A DNA stretch of 64,000 bases. Source: Hyphomicrobiales bacterium. Its GTDB lineage: Bacteria > Pseudomonadota > Alphaproteobacteria > Rhizobiales > Aestuariivirgaceae. Shown one piece after another: positions 1 to 9,144 of the stretch. Both the position numbers and the translations under genes were made by a program. Where the stretch lies: positions 1,058 to 65,057 of the forward strand of contig JANPGD010000054.1 in the NCBI GenBank assembly GCA_031423845.1, written 5' to 3'. Each line of letters starts with the position of its first letter. The stretch's first letter is position 1. The notes under the pieces were generated by a model. The model was given only the letters and a program-made list of their open reading frames with translations, made no database searches and had not been told where the DNA came from.

Positions 1-243
1 CATACCAGAGGCAAACAAGAGTGCTGCTTTACCGAGTTCAAGTTCCGCAAGAATTGCTTCAGCCTGCCAAAGATTTGGACTGCCATTGCGGATATAGTTT
101 TCTTTCAGCAGCGGCGCATAGTTCTCATCACGCGCATAAGTCGTTGATAGATAAAGCGGCGGAACGACGGCCCCAGTTGTTTTATCGGTGGAACGCAAGG
201 CGTGAGCAGCAATAGTTTCAGGGCGCAGTTTATCGTTAGACAT
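1..243 (-). CDS. PLP-dependent transsulfuration enzyme (cystathionine gamma-synthase/lyase family), 5' part; runs off the window edge
   Basis: Manual translation from ATG at 243: MSNDKLRPETIAAHA...TGAVVPPLYLSTTY...YIRNGSPN...LAELELGKAALLFASGM, a typical Cys/Met-metabolism PLP enzyme N-terminus. Not in the ORF track. Confidence 0.85.
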   Translation of the reverse strand, partial: MSNDKLRPETIAAHALRSTDKTTGAVVPPLYLSTTYARDENYAPLLKENYIRNGSPNLWQAEAILAELELGKAALLFASGM

Positions 244-985
244 GTTGTCCGCCATTAATGTGAAGTTCGGCACCGGTCACATAACTGGATGCGTCGGTGC
301 AAAGAAAATAAATCGCTTTAGCCACTTCTTCGGGCTGGCCCAAGCGCTGCAGCGGCAGGTGCTCAACAATTTTCTCAGTGCCGGGAGACAAAATAGCTGT
401 TTCAATTTCACCAGGAGAAATAGAATTCACCCGCACCCCGCGTGGCCCAAAATCCGCCGCCATTTCTCGGGTGAGTGAAGCAAGTGCGGCTTTCGATGTT
501 GAATATGCTGCCCCCGCAAAAGGATGTACGCGTGAGCCTGCAATAGAAGTTACATTCACCACCGCACCCTTGGCTGTGGTCAACTCATCAATCAATCCGC
601 GCGCCAACATAATGGGTGCAAAGAAATTCACTTGGAATACGCGCTTCCATTCGTCTTCGTCAGACTCAATCGTGTTGAGCCGCGCACCCCCTGATTTCTT
701 GGGGCTTATCGCGGCGTTGTTAATTAGCGCGTGAAGGCCGCTGCCTTGCTTTTGTAATTTTTCCCGCATCACCAATATGGCTCGGGCCGTATCTTCCGAC
801 GACGCAAGATCAACAACAATATGATCTTCAGGTCCAGCATCCCAAGGACAGTTTTCAGGAAACGGATGGCGCGAGCAGGTGATCACCCGCCAGCCGCTCG
901 TCGAAAAGCGCTTCACGGTTGCATGCCCTATGCCGCGAGACGCTCCGGTGAGAATTACAGTTTTACGGGATTCTAAATTGGGCAT
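236..985 (-). CDS. Short-chain dehydrogenase/reductase
   Basis: TGASRGIG, NNAA, YSTSK (YxxxK) and GVRVNSISPG motifs. Confidence 0.93.
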   Translation of the reverse strand: MPNLESRKTVILTGASRGIGHATVKRFSTSGWRVITCSRHPFPENCPWDAGPEDHIVVDLASSEDTARAILVMREKLQKQGSGLHALINNAAISPKKSGGARLNTIESDEDEWKRVFQVNFFAPIMLARGLIDELTTAKGAVVNVTSIAGSRVHPFAGAAYSTSKAALASLTREMAADFGPRGVRVNSISPGEIETAILSPGTEKIVEHLPLQRLGQPEEVAKAIYFLCTDASSYVTGAELHINGGQHV

Positions 986-988
986 GAA

Positions 989-1621
989 TTATGGATACAA
1001 CTTTGCCTTGGTCCAGCCAGCACTTTGATTTTCGCGGCGGAACACAACTCTATCATGTAAGCGGAAAGGCCTGTCGTGCCAGAACTCAATGGACAAAGGT
1101 AAAATGCGAAAACCACTCCAATGTGGTGGGCGCGGCACGGTGCCAATGGCATATTTGGCAGCATACATGGCCACAGCCGTTTCTAATGCAAAGCGGCCTT
1201 CCAGTGGGCGTGATTGCGCACTGGCCCATGCGCCAATGCGACTGTCGCGTGGGCGCGAATTGAAATAGGCATCGGCTTCGGCTTCTGTCACTTTTTCAAC
1301 TAAACCACGCACCCGCACTTGGCGACGCAATGATTTCCAATGCCACATGACAGCGGCCTTCATGGTCGCCTGAATTTCTTGGCCCTTCTGGCTTTCATAG
1401 TTTGTGTAAAACACAAAACCTTTTTCGTCGAAGTCTTTCAATAAAACCATGCGAACATTGGGTAAGCCTTCTTCATCCACAGTGGAAAGCGCCATGGCAT
1501 TAGGATCATTGGGTTCTGATTTTTCAGCATCCTTCATCCATTCGGCAAACAGTGCGAAAGGATCATTGCGTTCAGTGAAACCTTGTTGAGCAGTGGTGAC
1601 GGCTAGACGTTCGAGATCCAT
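989..1621 (-). CDS. pdxH: Pyridoxamine 5'-phosphate oxidase
   Basis: [30 protein letters not shown]...RLHDR. Confidence 0.96.
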   Translation of the reverse strand: MDLERLAVTTAQQGFTERNDPFALFAEWMKDAEKSEPNDPNAMALSTVDEEGLPNVRMVLLKDFDEKGFVFYTNYESQKGQEIQATMKAAVMWHWKSLRRQVRVRGLVEKVTEAEADAYFNSRPRDSRIGAWASAQSRPLEGRFALETAVAMYAAKYAIGTVPRPPHWSGFRILPLSIEFWHDRPFRLHDRVVFRRENQSAGWTKAKLYP

Positions 1622-2145
1622 TATTTTTCCACGGTCGCTTTCAGATTGGCAAGACCATTTTCAAAATCCTTGCCGACTATCTTGTCCATATTCATAAACA
1701 TATGCATGGCCTTCATCATCAAATTAAGGTCGCCACGCATTTCCCATTTGATGGTAGTGGAAGCGCCTTGCGGCACAAGTGTAAATTCCGTCACATTGTC
1801 GGCCTTGAAGGGTTTCAAAAAATGCAAATCAAGCTGCACGGTGGAAGAGGGAACCGAGTGGGTGATTTCCATACTACCTTCGCCCACTTTTTTATTGCCT
1901 AGCCACGCATACTTGGCACCTTTGCCTGTGGTAGGGCCTGTGTAGTTGCGTTGCATGGAGGGGTCCATCTTGTCCCAAGGTGACCAATTGGCCCAGTTTT
2001 TAAAATCATTAATCTGAGCAAACACTTTAGCTGGTGAGGCGTTGAGTGTGGCACTGCGCGACATTGAAAATGTGCCTGGCCTGCTATTAGCCAGCAACAG
2101 AAATGCGACGATGACGATGGCAATAATGATCAGCGCTGTTAACAT
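1621..2145 (-). CDS. SRPBCC/polyketide-cyclase-like protein with N-terminal TM helix
   Basis: WSPW...[29 protein letters not shown]; start moved to ATG 2145 behind GGAG. Confidence 0.85.
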   Translation of the reverse strand: MLTALIIIAIVIVAFLLLANSRPGTFSMSRSATLNASPAKVFAQINDFKNWANWSPWDKMDPSMQRNYTGPTTGKGAKYAWLGNKKVGEGSMEITHSVPSSTVQLDLHFLKPFKADNVTEFTLVPQGASTTIKWEMRGDLNLMMKAMHMFMNMDKIVGKDFENGLANLKATVEK

Positions 2146-2226
2146 AAAGCTCTCCCTCAAGACGGCGTGAAATAAGCATAGAGCCTATAGAGGGTTCCCG
2201 TCCAGCCCGTTGCGACCAGCAAGTGC

Positions 2227-2871
2227 CTAACTCTTTTTGTAAACCAGATGCAAAGCCCCTTCACCTGCTGCCACTTCGACACTGGCATAGCCGAGCCCAG
2301 GCAAGTCGATGCCGGAAAGCAGGTTCTCTCCTGCGCCTAGAACGACGGGAGAGACTGCAAGATGCAGATGATCAATCAGCCCGGCTTGCAGAAATTGCCG
2401 CACAGTGTGTACCCCGCCACTCAACCGCACGTCTTTTCCAGCAGCGGCAGCATTCGCTTTTTTTAGCACCTCAGCGGGGCTACCGGTGACAAATTCAAAG
2501 ACTGTGCCTCCTTCCATCGTGATGGGTGGTCGGGGATAATGGGTCATTACAAAAATTGGCGAATGATAAGGCGGGTTTGGCCCCCACCAGCCTTTCCAAC
2601 CATCGTCAGGCCACTCGCCACGTTGCGGCCCAAACATGTTGCGCCCCATAATCGCCGCACCGATATTTTCGAAGCCGCGTGAGGCGTATTTGTTATCTAC
2701 ACCTGTTGTGCCTTCTGTCTTGCCGAACATTGTTTGAAAGGTTTTGGTGGCCACAAACCACTTGCCCAAATCCATGCCGCCATCACCAAATGGTTTTTCG
2801 AAACTCTGGTTAAGGCCAGTCGAAAAGCCGTCCACGGAAACTAAAAAACTTTCAACACGCAATTTGCTCAT
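2227..2871 (-). CDS. Dihydrofolate reductase/RibD C-terminal family protein
   Basis: SVDGF, IMGRNMFGP, GWWGPNPPYH, GG...FLQAGLID, PVVLGAG. Confidence 0.88.
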   Translation of the reverse strand: MSKLRVESFLVSVDGFSTGLNQSFEKPFGDGGMDLGKWFVATKTFQTMFGKTEGTTGVDNKYASRGFENIGAAIMGRNMFGPQRGEWPDDGWKGWWGPNPPYHSPIFVMTHYPRPPITMEGGTVFEFVTGSPAEVLKKANAAAAGKDVRLSGGVHTVRQFLQAGLIDHLHLAVSPVVLGAGENLLSGIDLPGLGYASVEVAAGEGALHLVYKKS

Positions 2872-3063
2872 TTCCACTCATAATCCTCGGTTGGAAATTT
2901 TGGCAGAAAGTTTATTATAGTGAAGGGCCAGAGAAGTTAACAACTGCAATCCGCGCGAATCCCTGTAATTTTTCGTAACCTGCCGTTACTTTCTTTCTCC
3001 AGTTAACTATGCAAGAACGCGGCGCTGAGGGTGCTTTGGGCAAAAAATTGGGTTAGGATTATT

Positions 3064-3888
3064 ATGACTTTGAAATCGGGTATAATGGCTGGCAAGCGCG
3101 GCCTTATCATGGGTGTGGCCAACAACCGTTCAATCGCCTGGGGTATTGCTAGGGCCTGTGCCGATCATGGCGCTGAACTGGCCTTCACCTATCAGGGCGA
3201 TGCGTTGAAGAAGCGTGTGGAACCCTTGGCCGCAGAGGTCAATTCGCCGTTGGTTTTGCCTTGCGATGTGAGCGACATGGCCTCCATCGATGCCACGTTT
3301 GATGCGATTAAAGAAAAATGGGGCAGCCTCGATTTTGTGGTCCACGCCATTGGCTTTTCCGACAAGAATGAGTTGACCGGCCGCTATGTCGATACTTCAG
3401 CCGAAAACTTTACGAAGACAATGTTCATCAGTGTTTACAGCTTCACAGCGGTGGCCCAACGTGCCGAAAAAATGATGCCCAATGGTGGCTCACTTCTCAC
3501 GCTCACTTACTACGGTGCAGAAAAATGGATGCCGCATTACAATGTCATGGGTGTTGCCAAAGCCGGACTTGAAGCTTCAGTACGCTATATGGCGGCTGAC
3601 TTAGGCGTGAAAAACATTCGCGTGAATGCCATTTCTGCAGGCCCCATCAAAACCCTCGCAGCATCTGGCATCAGTGACTTCCGCTATATTCTCAAATGGA
3701 ACGAATATAATTCGCCACTCCGCCGCACAGTGACAACTGAAGAAGTGGGCGATGCTGGCATGTATTTCTTGTCGGATTTATCACGCGGTGTCACCGGTGA
3801 AATTCATCATGTGGATTCAGGCTATCATGTTGTTGGCATGAAAAACCCCGAAGCGCCTGACATGTCGGTTGATAATGCTCCAGAATAA
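3064..3888 (+). CDS. fabI: Enoyl-ACP reductase
   Basis: GVANNRSIAWGIA, YNVMGVAKA, AGPIKTLAA; start could also be 3085. Confidence 0.97.
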   Translation: MTLKSGIMAGKRGLIMGVANNRSIAWGIARACADHGAELAFTYQGDALKKRVEPLAAEVNSPLVLPCDVSDMASIDATFDAIKEKWGSLDFVVHAIGFSDKNELTGRYVDTSAENFTKTMFISVYSFTAVAQRAEKMMPNGGSLLTLTYYGAEKWMPHYNVMGVAKAGLEASVRYMAADLGVKNIRVNAISAGPIKTLAASGISDFRYILKWNEYNSPLRRTVTTEEVGDAGMYFLSDLSRGVTGEIHHVDSGYHVVGMKNPEAPDMSVDNAPE

Positions 3889-4483
3889 TCTGCCGATCAT
3901 TTATTTCATCCGCCATGGTGAAACCGATTGGAATAAGCAGGGTCTCATTCAAGGCTCAATCGATACGGATTTGAATGCCCATGGCATTGAGCAAGCCAAA
4001 GAGGTGGCGCGCGCGCTATCTGAAAAGACGGGTGAGTTTGATCGGTTTAATTTTGTCGTCAGCCCACAGCGCCGCGCCCGCGAGACCATGAATTATATCG
4101 CCACTGCTTTAAAGCTGGATGAAGGTGAAATCAAAATTGAACCGCGTGTGCGCGAACTGGGCTTTGGCATTTGGGAAAACCGTCCCTTCTGGGAATTGAA
4201 AGATTCTCCCATTTATCCAGCCGATGCCGAAACCCGTTATAGCTGGCGCCCCGAAGGCGGTGAAAGTTATGCCGATGGCGTGGCCCGTGTGGATGATTGG
4301 CTGGCGACAGTTGAAGGCCCCACACTGGTCGTGGCCCATGGTGCCGTGGGTCGTTGCCTCATGGGCCGGGTCGCCGGACTGTTGCCCGCCCAAATTGTTA
4401 CGCTGAAAACTCCACAAGGCTGTTATTGCCGCTTGCAACAGGGCAAGATTGATTGGTTTGACGCGAACCACGATGCAGCTTAA
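3875..4483 (+). CDS. Histidine phosphatase (phosphoglycerate mutase-like) family
   Basis: RHGETDWN, SP..RA.ET, GGES, VAHG; sits between fabI and aroC. Confidence 0.9.
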   Translation: MLQNNLPIIYFIRHGETDWNKQGLIQGSIDTDLNAHGIEQAKEVARALSEKTGEFDRFNFVVSPQRRARETMNYIATALKLDEGEIKIEPRVRELGFGIWENRPFWELKDSPIYPADAETRYSWRPEGGESYADGVARVDDWLATVEGPTLVVAHGAVGRCLMGRVAGLLPAQIVTLKTPQGCYCRLQQGKIDWFDANHDAA

Positions 4484-4492
4484 TTAGGGTCT

Positions 4493-5578
4493 ATGTCACA
4501 CAACACCTTTGGTCACCTCTTCCGCATCACAACATTTGGCGAAAGCCATGGGCCCGCCATTGGCTGCGTGGTGGATGGGTGCCCACCCGGCATTTTGTTG
4601 ACACCAGATGATATTCAAGGCTTCCTTGATAAGCGCAAACCCGGCCAGAACCGCTTCACCACCCAGCGCCGCGAAGCTGATGAAGTGAAGATTCTTTCTG
4701 GTGTGTTTGAAGATGAGCGAACAGGTGGCCCGCGCACCACGGGTGCACCCATTATGCTGATGATCGAAAACACCGATCAGCGCTCCAAAGATTATTCCGA
4801 AATTCGTGATAGCTATCGCCCCGGTCATGCTGATTTTACCTATGACGCAAAATATGGCATCCGTGATTATCGTGGCGGTGGAAGGTCAAGCGCGCGCGAA
4901 ACCGCAAGTCGTGTGGCCGGTGGTGCCGTGGCCCGCAAAATTATCCCTAATGTCACCATTCGTGGAGCCTTGGTGCAAATGGGTCCACATAGAATTGATA
5001 ATAAAAATTGGGATTGGTCCGAAGTTGATCGTAACCCATTCTTCTGCCCTGACGCAAAGGCAGCGGCGGATTGGGAAATCTATTTAGACGGTATTCGCAA
5101 ATCAGGCTCATCCTGTGGTGCGGTAATCGAAGTCACAGCTTCTGGTGTGCCCGCCGGATGGGGTGCTCCGATATATGCGAAATTAGATTCGGAATTGGCC
5201 GCCGCCATGATGAGCATAAACGCCGTTAAAGGTGTTGAGATTGGCGATGGCTTTGCCTCGGCCGCTCTCACCGGCGAAACCAATGCCGATGAAATTCGCA
5301 TGCGCCACGGCAAGCCAGAATTTTTGTCGAACCATGCAGGGGGCATTTTGGGCGGCATATCATCCGGCCAAGATGTTGTGGTGCGCTTTGCCGTAAAACC
5401 CACATCGTCCATTTTAACAGCGCGTAAAACCGTAACCAAAAAAGGCGAAGACGCCGACATCATCACCAAAGGTCGTCACGATCCATGTGTGGGCATTCGT
5501 GCCGTGCCTGTGGGCGAAGCGATGATGGCTATTGTATTGGCAGATCAATTTTTACGGCATAGAGGGCAGGTGGGTTAA
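4493..5578 (+). CDS. aroC: Chorismate synthase
   Basis: [27 protein letters not shown]. Confidence 0.98.
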   Translation: MSHNTFGHLFRITTFGESHGPAIGCVVDGCPPGILLTPDDIQGFLDKRKPGQNRFTTQRREADEVKILSGVFEDERTGGPRTTGAPIMLMIENTDQRSKDYSEIRDSYRPGHADFTYDAKYGIRDYRGGGRSSARETASRVAGGAVARKIIPNVTIRGALVQMGPHRIDNKNWDWSEVDRNPFFCPDAKAAADWEIYLDGIRKSGSSCGAVIEVTASGVPAGWGAPIYAKLDSELAAAMMSINAVKGVEIGDGFASAALTGETNADEIRMRHGKPEFLSNHAGGILGGISSGQDVVVRFAVKPTSSILTARKTVTKKGEDADIITKGRHDPCVGIRAVPVGEAMMAIVLADQFLRHRGQVG

Positions 5579-5592
5579 CCCCAGTCCCGTAC

Positions 5593-5640
5593 TTGAATAT
5601 CAAACACGTATGTGTTAAGTGTTGTGTAGAGGTTCACACA
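5593..5640 (+). promoter_or_regulatory. Putative vapBC promoter with two operator-like inverted repeats
   Basis: TTGAAT at 5593; AACAC-gtat-GTGTT (5603-5616) and TGTGT-N8-ACACA (5623-5640) directly before the antitoxin ATG. Confidence 0.5.
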
Positions 5641-5837
5641 TGACAACTAATCTCGCCCTTGACCCAAAACTCCTTGATCGTGCCCTGAAAATCAGCGGTC
5701 AAAAAACTAAGAAAGCCGCGGTCACGCTGGCTTTAGAGGAATTCATTGCAAAGCGTTCGCAGAAGAACATGCTTGATCTCATGGGCAAGCTCGAATGGGA
5801 TGAGAGCTTCGACTACAAAGCCGAACGCTCGCGCTGA
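5640..5837 (+). CDS. vapB: VapB-family antitoxin
   Basis: MTTNLALDPKLL...KTKKAAVTLALEEFI; stop overlaps the start of the PIN toxin. Confidence 0.88.
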   Translation: MTTNLALDPKLLDRALKISGQKTKKAAVTLALEEFIAKRSQKNMLDLMGKLEWDESFDYKAERSR

Positions 5838-6244
5838 TGGCGTTTTTTGTGGACACAACAGTTTGGTCGCTGGCCTTGCGCCGCGATGTGGTTGTTGATG
5901 TTCCAGAAGTCAAAGCCCTGAAACATGCCTTGGCTGAGGGCGGGCAGATCGTGACGACAGGATTGGTCTTGCAAGAAATTCTACAAGGTTTTGTTGGCCC
6001 CAAAGCCAAGTCAGATATCATCGACCGCTTTGCCGCAATCCCCTTTGTCTCGCCTGACCGCGCCGATCACATCGCAGCAGCAGACTTGCGCAACACATGT
6101 CGAAGGGCAGGTGTGCAAGTGGGAACGGTGGATGCAATCTTGGCGCAACTTTGCATCAGGCATAAGTTGATTTTGCTATCTACAGACAATGACTTCAAAA
6201 ATATGGTCAAACATTTAGACTTGAGAGTGTGGTCAGCGATCTGA
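5837..6244 (+). CDS. vapC: VapC PIN-domain toxin
   Basis: VDTTVW, LQEILQG, TVDAILA, LSTDNDF acidic PIN residues. Confidence 0.92.
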   Translation: MAFFVDTTVWSLALRRDVVVDVPEVKALKHALAEGGQIVTTGLVLQEILQGFVGPKAKSDIIDRFAAIPFVSPDRADHIAAADLRNTCRRAGVQVGTVDAILAQLCIRHKLILLSTDNDFKNMVKHLDLRVWSAI

Positions 6245-6270
6245 TTCCAACTCGGTTCATCCCCACAACA

Positions 6271-6357
6271 TGTATATTTCCGCGAAGGCGGCAATCCAAC
6301 TAGCCTTAAGTTATAAATCAAAAGATAGGCCACCGCGTTCGCCGGTGTAACGGTGGC
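6271..6357. repeat. Degenerate paired REP-like palindromes
   Basis: TTTCCGCGAAGGCGGCAATCCA and, inverted, TAGGCCACCGCGTTCGCCGGTGTAAC; resemble alphaproteobacterial GTCAT-CCCGCGAAGGCGGG-ATCCA repeats. Confidence 0.4.
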
Positions 6358-6410
6358 AAGTGTGTACGGCCATCGAATCCGCTACCACCGAATCTCAGTT
6401 TATTTGATAA

Positions 6411-7049
6411 CTATTGCAGCCTCTTAATTTCTGTAATGTATTTGCTTAGTCTTAAATAGTCCACACAGTGAGCCGAAATGTCTTCAACACCCAACTGCGG
6501 GACTTCTACCAATATCCGATACTCTTTTTCCCATTCCAGATTTGGGTTCTTGAATAAATATGCTTGAAACGGCTCCGACTTTTCAGACTTCCTATCCAAT
6601 AGTCCAGTCTTGTAAATTGGCTTTGTAGCGATGATTCTTGCGGAGGGAAAGCGAATTCGAATTTTTCGAGCCAACTGTTCGATCAAAGGTCGGGTATCCA
6701 ACTTCAAGCAGACATCATAGCCGCAACCTTTTCTGTTAAACCAGCGCAAGTGATCATTTGGATTGTATTCAAAAGAGGTGCAGAAAACTAGGGCGTTGAC
6801 TGTCCGACTTATGATGAGTGCCCCTTTTGAAGGGATGACTAGGCCGCCCACATTGCCTGGCGGTGAATACAAAAGATGCTCTGCGCCCTCGTGAGAGTCA
6901 CCGTACTCAGAGCCATCAATTTCGTTCACACTTCTGTAATTAGCCAGCGTTCCAAAACGAAACGATCCTTTAGCCAAATACTCATCATAAGTCCTATGTG
7001 TGCAATACTTATAAAGAAACTCAGGGCACTCATCCTTAAAAATTAACAT
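6411..7049 (-). CDS. Hypothetical protein, DUF2971-like
   Basis: LYKY...FCTS...W...VCL...Y...FK...EWEKEYR pattern; visibly AT-richer than flanks; TTG start at 7073 also possible. Confidence 0.55.
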   Translation of the reverse strand: MLIFKDECPEFLYKYCTHRTYDEYLAKGSFRFGTLANYRSVNEIDGSEYGDSHEGAEHLLYSPPGNVGGLVIPSKGALIISRTVNALVFCTSFEYNPNDHLRWFNRKGCGYDVCLKLDTRPLIEQLARKIRIRFPSARIIATKPIYKTGLLDRKSEKSEPFQAYLFKNPNLEWEKEYRILVEVPQLGVEDISAHCVDYLRLSKYITEIKRLQ

Positions 7050-7090
7050 GGAAATATCTGCACGCGAGGTCAAAAGCTATTGCGCTCCCA

Positions 7091-8398
7091 CTAGTTCCCC
7101 AGCACCGCCGCTTCAAGAATATCCATGCCTTCATTTAAAATCATATCGCTGGCGGTGAGTGGCGTGAGCAAGCGCACTACATCGCCGTAAACGCCACAGG
7201 TCAGAATCAAAAGCCCGCGCTCCAAACATTTGGCAGCCAGCGCCCTAGCGCCGCCAGCATCCGGCTTGTTGCCGCCATGCTCGGTCACCATTTCAAATGC
7301 GCACATGGCCCCAAGGCCGCGAATATCGCCAATCGGCATACCTTGCTTTTTGGCTTTGATGGCATTGAGGCGCTTCATCATCATCTCGCCTTGCTTGACT
7401 GATTTCTCCAGCAAGTTCTCAGTCTCAAAAGCTTCAAACACACCCAGCGCTGCCGCACAGGCAATGGCGTTACCAGCGTAAGTGCCACCAATGCCGCCCG
7501 GATCTGGAGCATCCATAATTTTGGCGCGGCCCGTGACAGCAGCCAGTGGGAAGCCACCTGCCAGCGATTTAGCGGATGTTACGAGATCAGGCTCAACGCC
7601 ATAGTGCTCCATGGCGAAGAATTTTCCGGTGCGGCCAAAGCCGGATTGAATTTCATCAGCGATCAACAAAATGCCATGCTCATCACAAAGAGCACGCAGG
7701 CGCTCCATCAATTCTTGAGGGGCAATATAAAATCCACCTTCGCCTTGAACTGGCTCAATGATGATTGCCGCGACACGCTGTGGCTCGACATCGCATTTGA
7801 ACAGAAGCTCAATGGCGTGAATAGAGTCTTCCACTGAAATGCCTTTATGCGCCACTGGAAATGGCACATGCCAAATCCCGCCGGGCATGGGCCCGAACTT
7901 TGCTTTATAAGGCAGCACTTTGCCTGTCAGCGCCATGCCCAAAAGTGTGCGGCCATGAAAGCCACCATGAAACGCAATCACATCCGATCGACCAGTATAG
8001 CAGCGCGCATATTTAATGGCGTTCTCGACAGCCTCGGCACCTGTTGTGACCAAAGCCGATTTCTTTTCACCAGAAATAGGTACTGCTGCATTCAGCTTTT
8101 CACACACTTCAATGAAGGGCTCATAGGGCATAACCATCGCGCAGGTGTGGGTGAATTTTTCCAGCTGCTCATAAACCCGCTTCATCACCAGCGGGTGACG
8201 ATGACCTGTGTTGACCACCGCAATGCCACCGCCAAAATCCACATAGCGGTTGCCTTCAATATCCCAAATCTCAGAATTCTCAGCTTTCGCGGCCATAACC
8301 GCAGCGCCCATGCCAATCCCACGGGAAACGGCTTTGGCGCGGCGTTCAACCCAAGCCTTGTTGGAACCAGCGGGTTGATTGTGGATTGGTGCGTTCAT
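7091..8398 (-). CDS. gabT: 4-aminobutyrate--2-oxoglutarate transaminase
   Basis: DFGGGIAVVNTGH, GAEAVENAIK, EPVQGEGG, DEIQSGFGRTG, AKSLAGG. Confidence 0.93.
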   Translation of the reverse strand: MNAPIHNQPAGSNKAWVERRAKAVSRGIGMGAAVMAAKAENSEIWDIEGNRYVDFGGGIAVVNTGHRHPLVMKRVYEQLEKFTHTCAMVMPYEPFIEVCEKLNAAVPISGEKKSALVTTGAEAVENAIKYARCYTGRSDVIAFHGGFHGRTLLGMALTGKVLPYKAKFGPMPGGIWHVPFPVAHKGISVEDSIHAIELLFKCDVEPQRVAAIIIEPVQGEGGFYIAPQELMERLRALCDEHGILLIADEIQSGFGRTGKFFAMEHYGVEPDLVTSAKSLAGGFPLAAVTGRAKIMDAPDPGGIGGTYAGNAIACAAALGVFEAFETENLLEKSVKQGEMMMKRLNAIKAKKQGMPIGDIRGLGAMCAFEMVTEHGGNKPDAGGARALAAKCLERGLLILTCGVYGDVVRLLTPLTASDMILNEGMDILEAAVLGN

Positions 8399-8565
8399 GG
8401 GAAATCTCCGTAAAATGATGTCTGTAATCTAGCCTTGGCCTTGGTACGGGAGCAATTGAAATGAATGGGGCCAGATTTACCAGCATTTCCACAGGCGAGT
8501 TGGGCCAGTTGCGCCCATGCCAACACTGCTTTAAACAGCACCCACAATAACATGGGAGCGCTAAA

Positions 8566-9144
8566 TTGAACACGTCATCAAACACACTTGCCAACCAACT
8601 CTGGCATCCAACATCATCGTTTTTCTCGATTAGAAATCTTGTTCTGGCCGTCGCGGGCAGCTTGCTGGTGGCCATTGCAGCGCAGGTCAATATTCCAATG
8701 TATCCCGTGCCGATGACATTGCAAACATTGGCCGTGCTTGCCATTGGTGCTGCTTTCGGCGCGCGTTTGGGTGCAGCTACTTTGGCGCTCTACGCCATTG
8801 AAGGTGCTGCGGGCCTTCCATTTTTTGCACAAATGAAATCGGGTCTCGCTGTTATCACTGGAGCGTCCGGCGGCTATATTATCGGCTTCATTTTGGCTGC
8901 GGCCTTGGTGGGTTATTTGGCCGAACGGGGTTGGGATAAATCACTCGGGAAAATGATCTTAGCTTCGTTGCTGGGTGCCGCCGTGCTTTATATTCCGGGA
9001 CTCATTTGGTTGCACAATTTTGCAGCGGATTGGGCTCAGACATTTGAATGGGGCATCACACCATTCTTGGCAGGTGATGTTGTGAAAGCTGTTCTTGCTG
9101 CGCTTGGTTTTCAAGCGGCATGGATGGGCTTAGGTACGAAGTAA
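8566..9144 (+). CDS. bioY: Biotin transporter BioY
   Basis: PVPMTLQTLAV, GAAGLPFFA, GGYIIGF; TTG start with GGAG upstream. Confidence 0.92.
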   Translation: MNTSSNTLANQLWHPTSSFFSIRNLVLAVAGSLLVAIAAQVNIPMYPVPMTLQTLAVLAIGAAFGARLGAATLALYAIEGAAGLPFFAQMKSGLAVITGASGGYIIGFILAAALVGYLAERGWDKSLGKMILASLLGAAVLYIPGLIWLHNFAADWAQTFEWGITPFLAGDVVKAVLAALGFQAAWMGLGTK

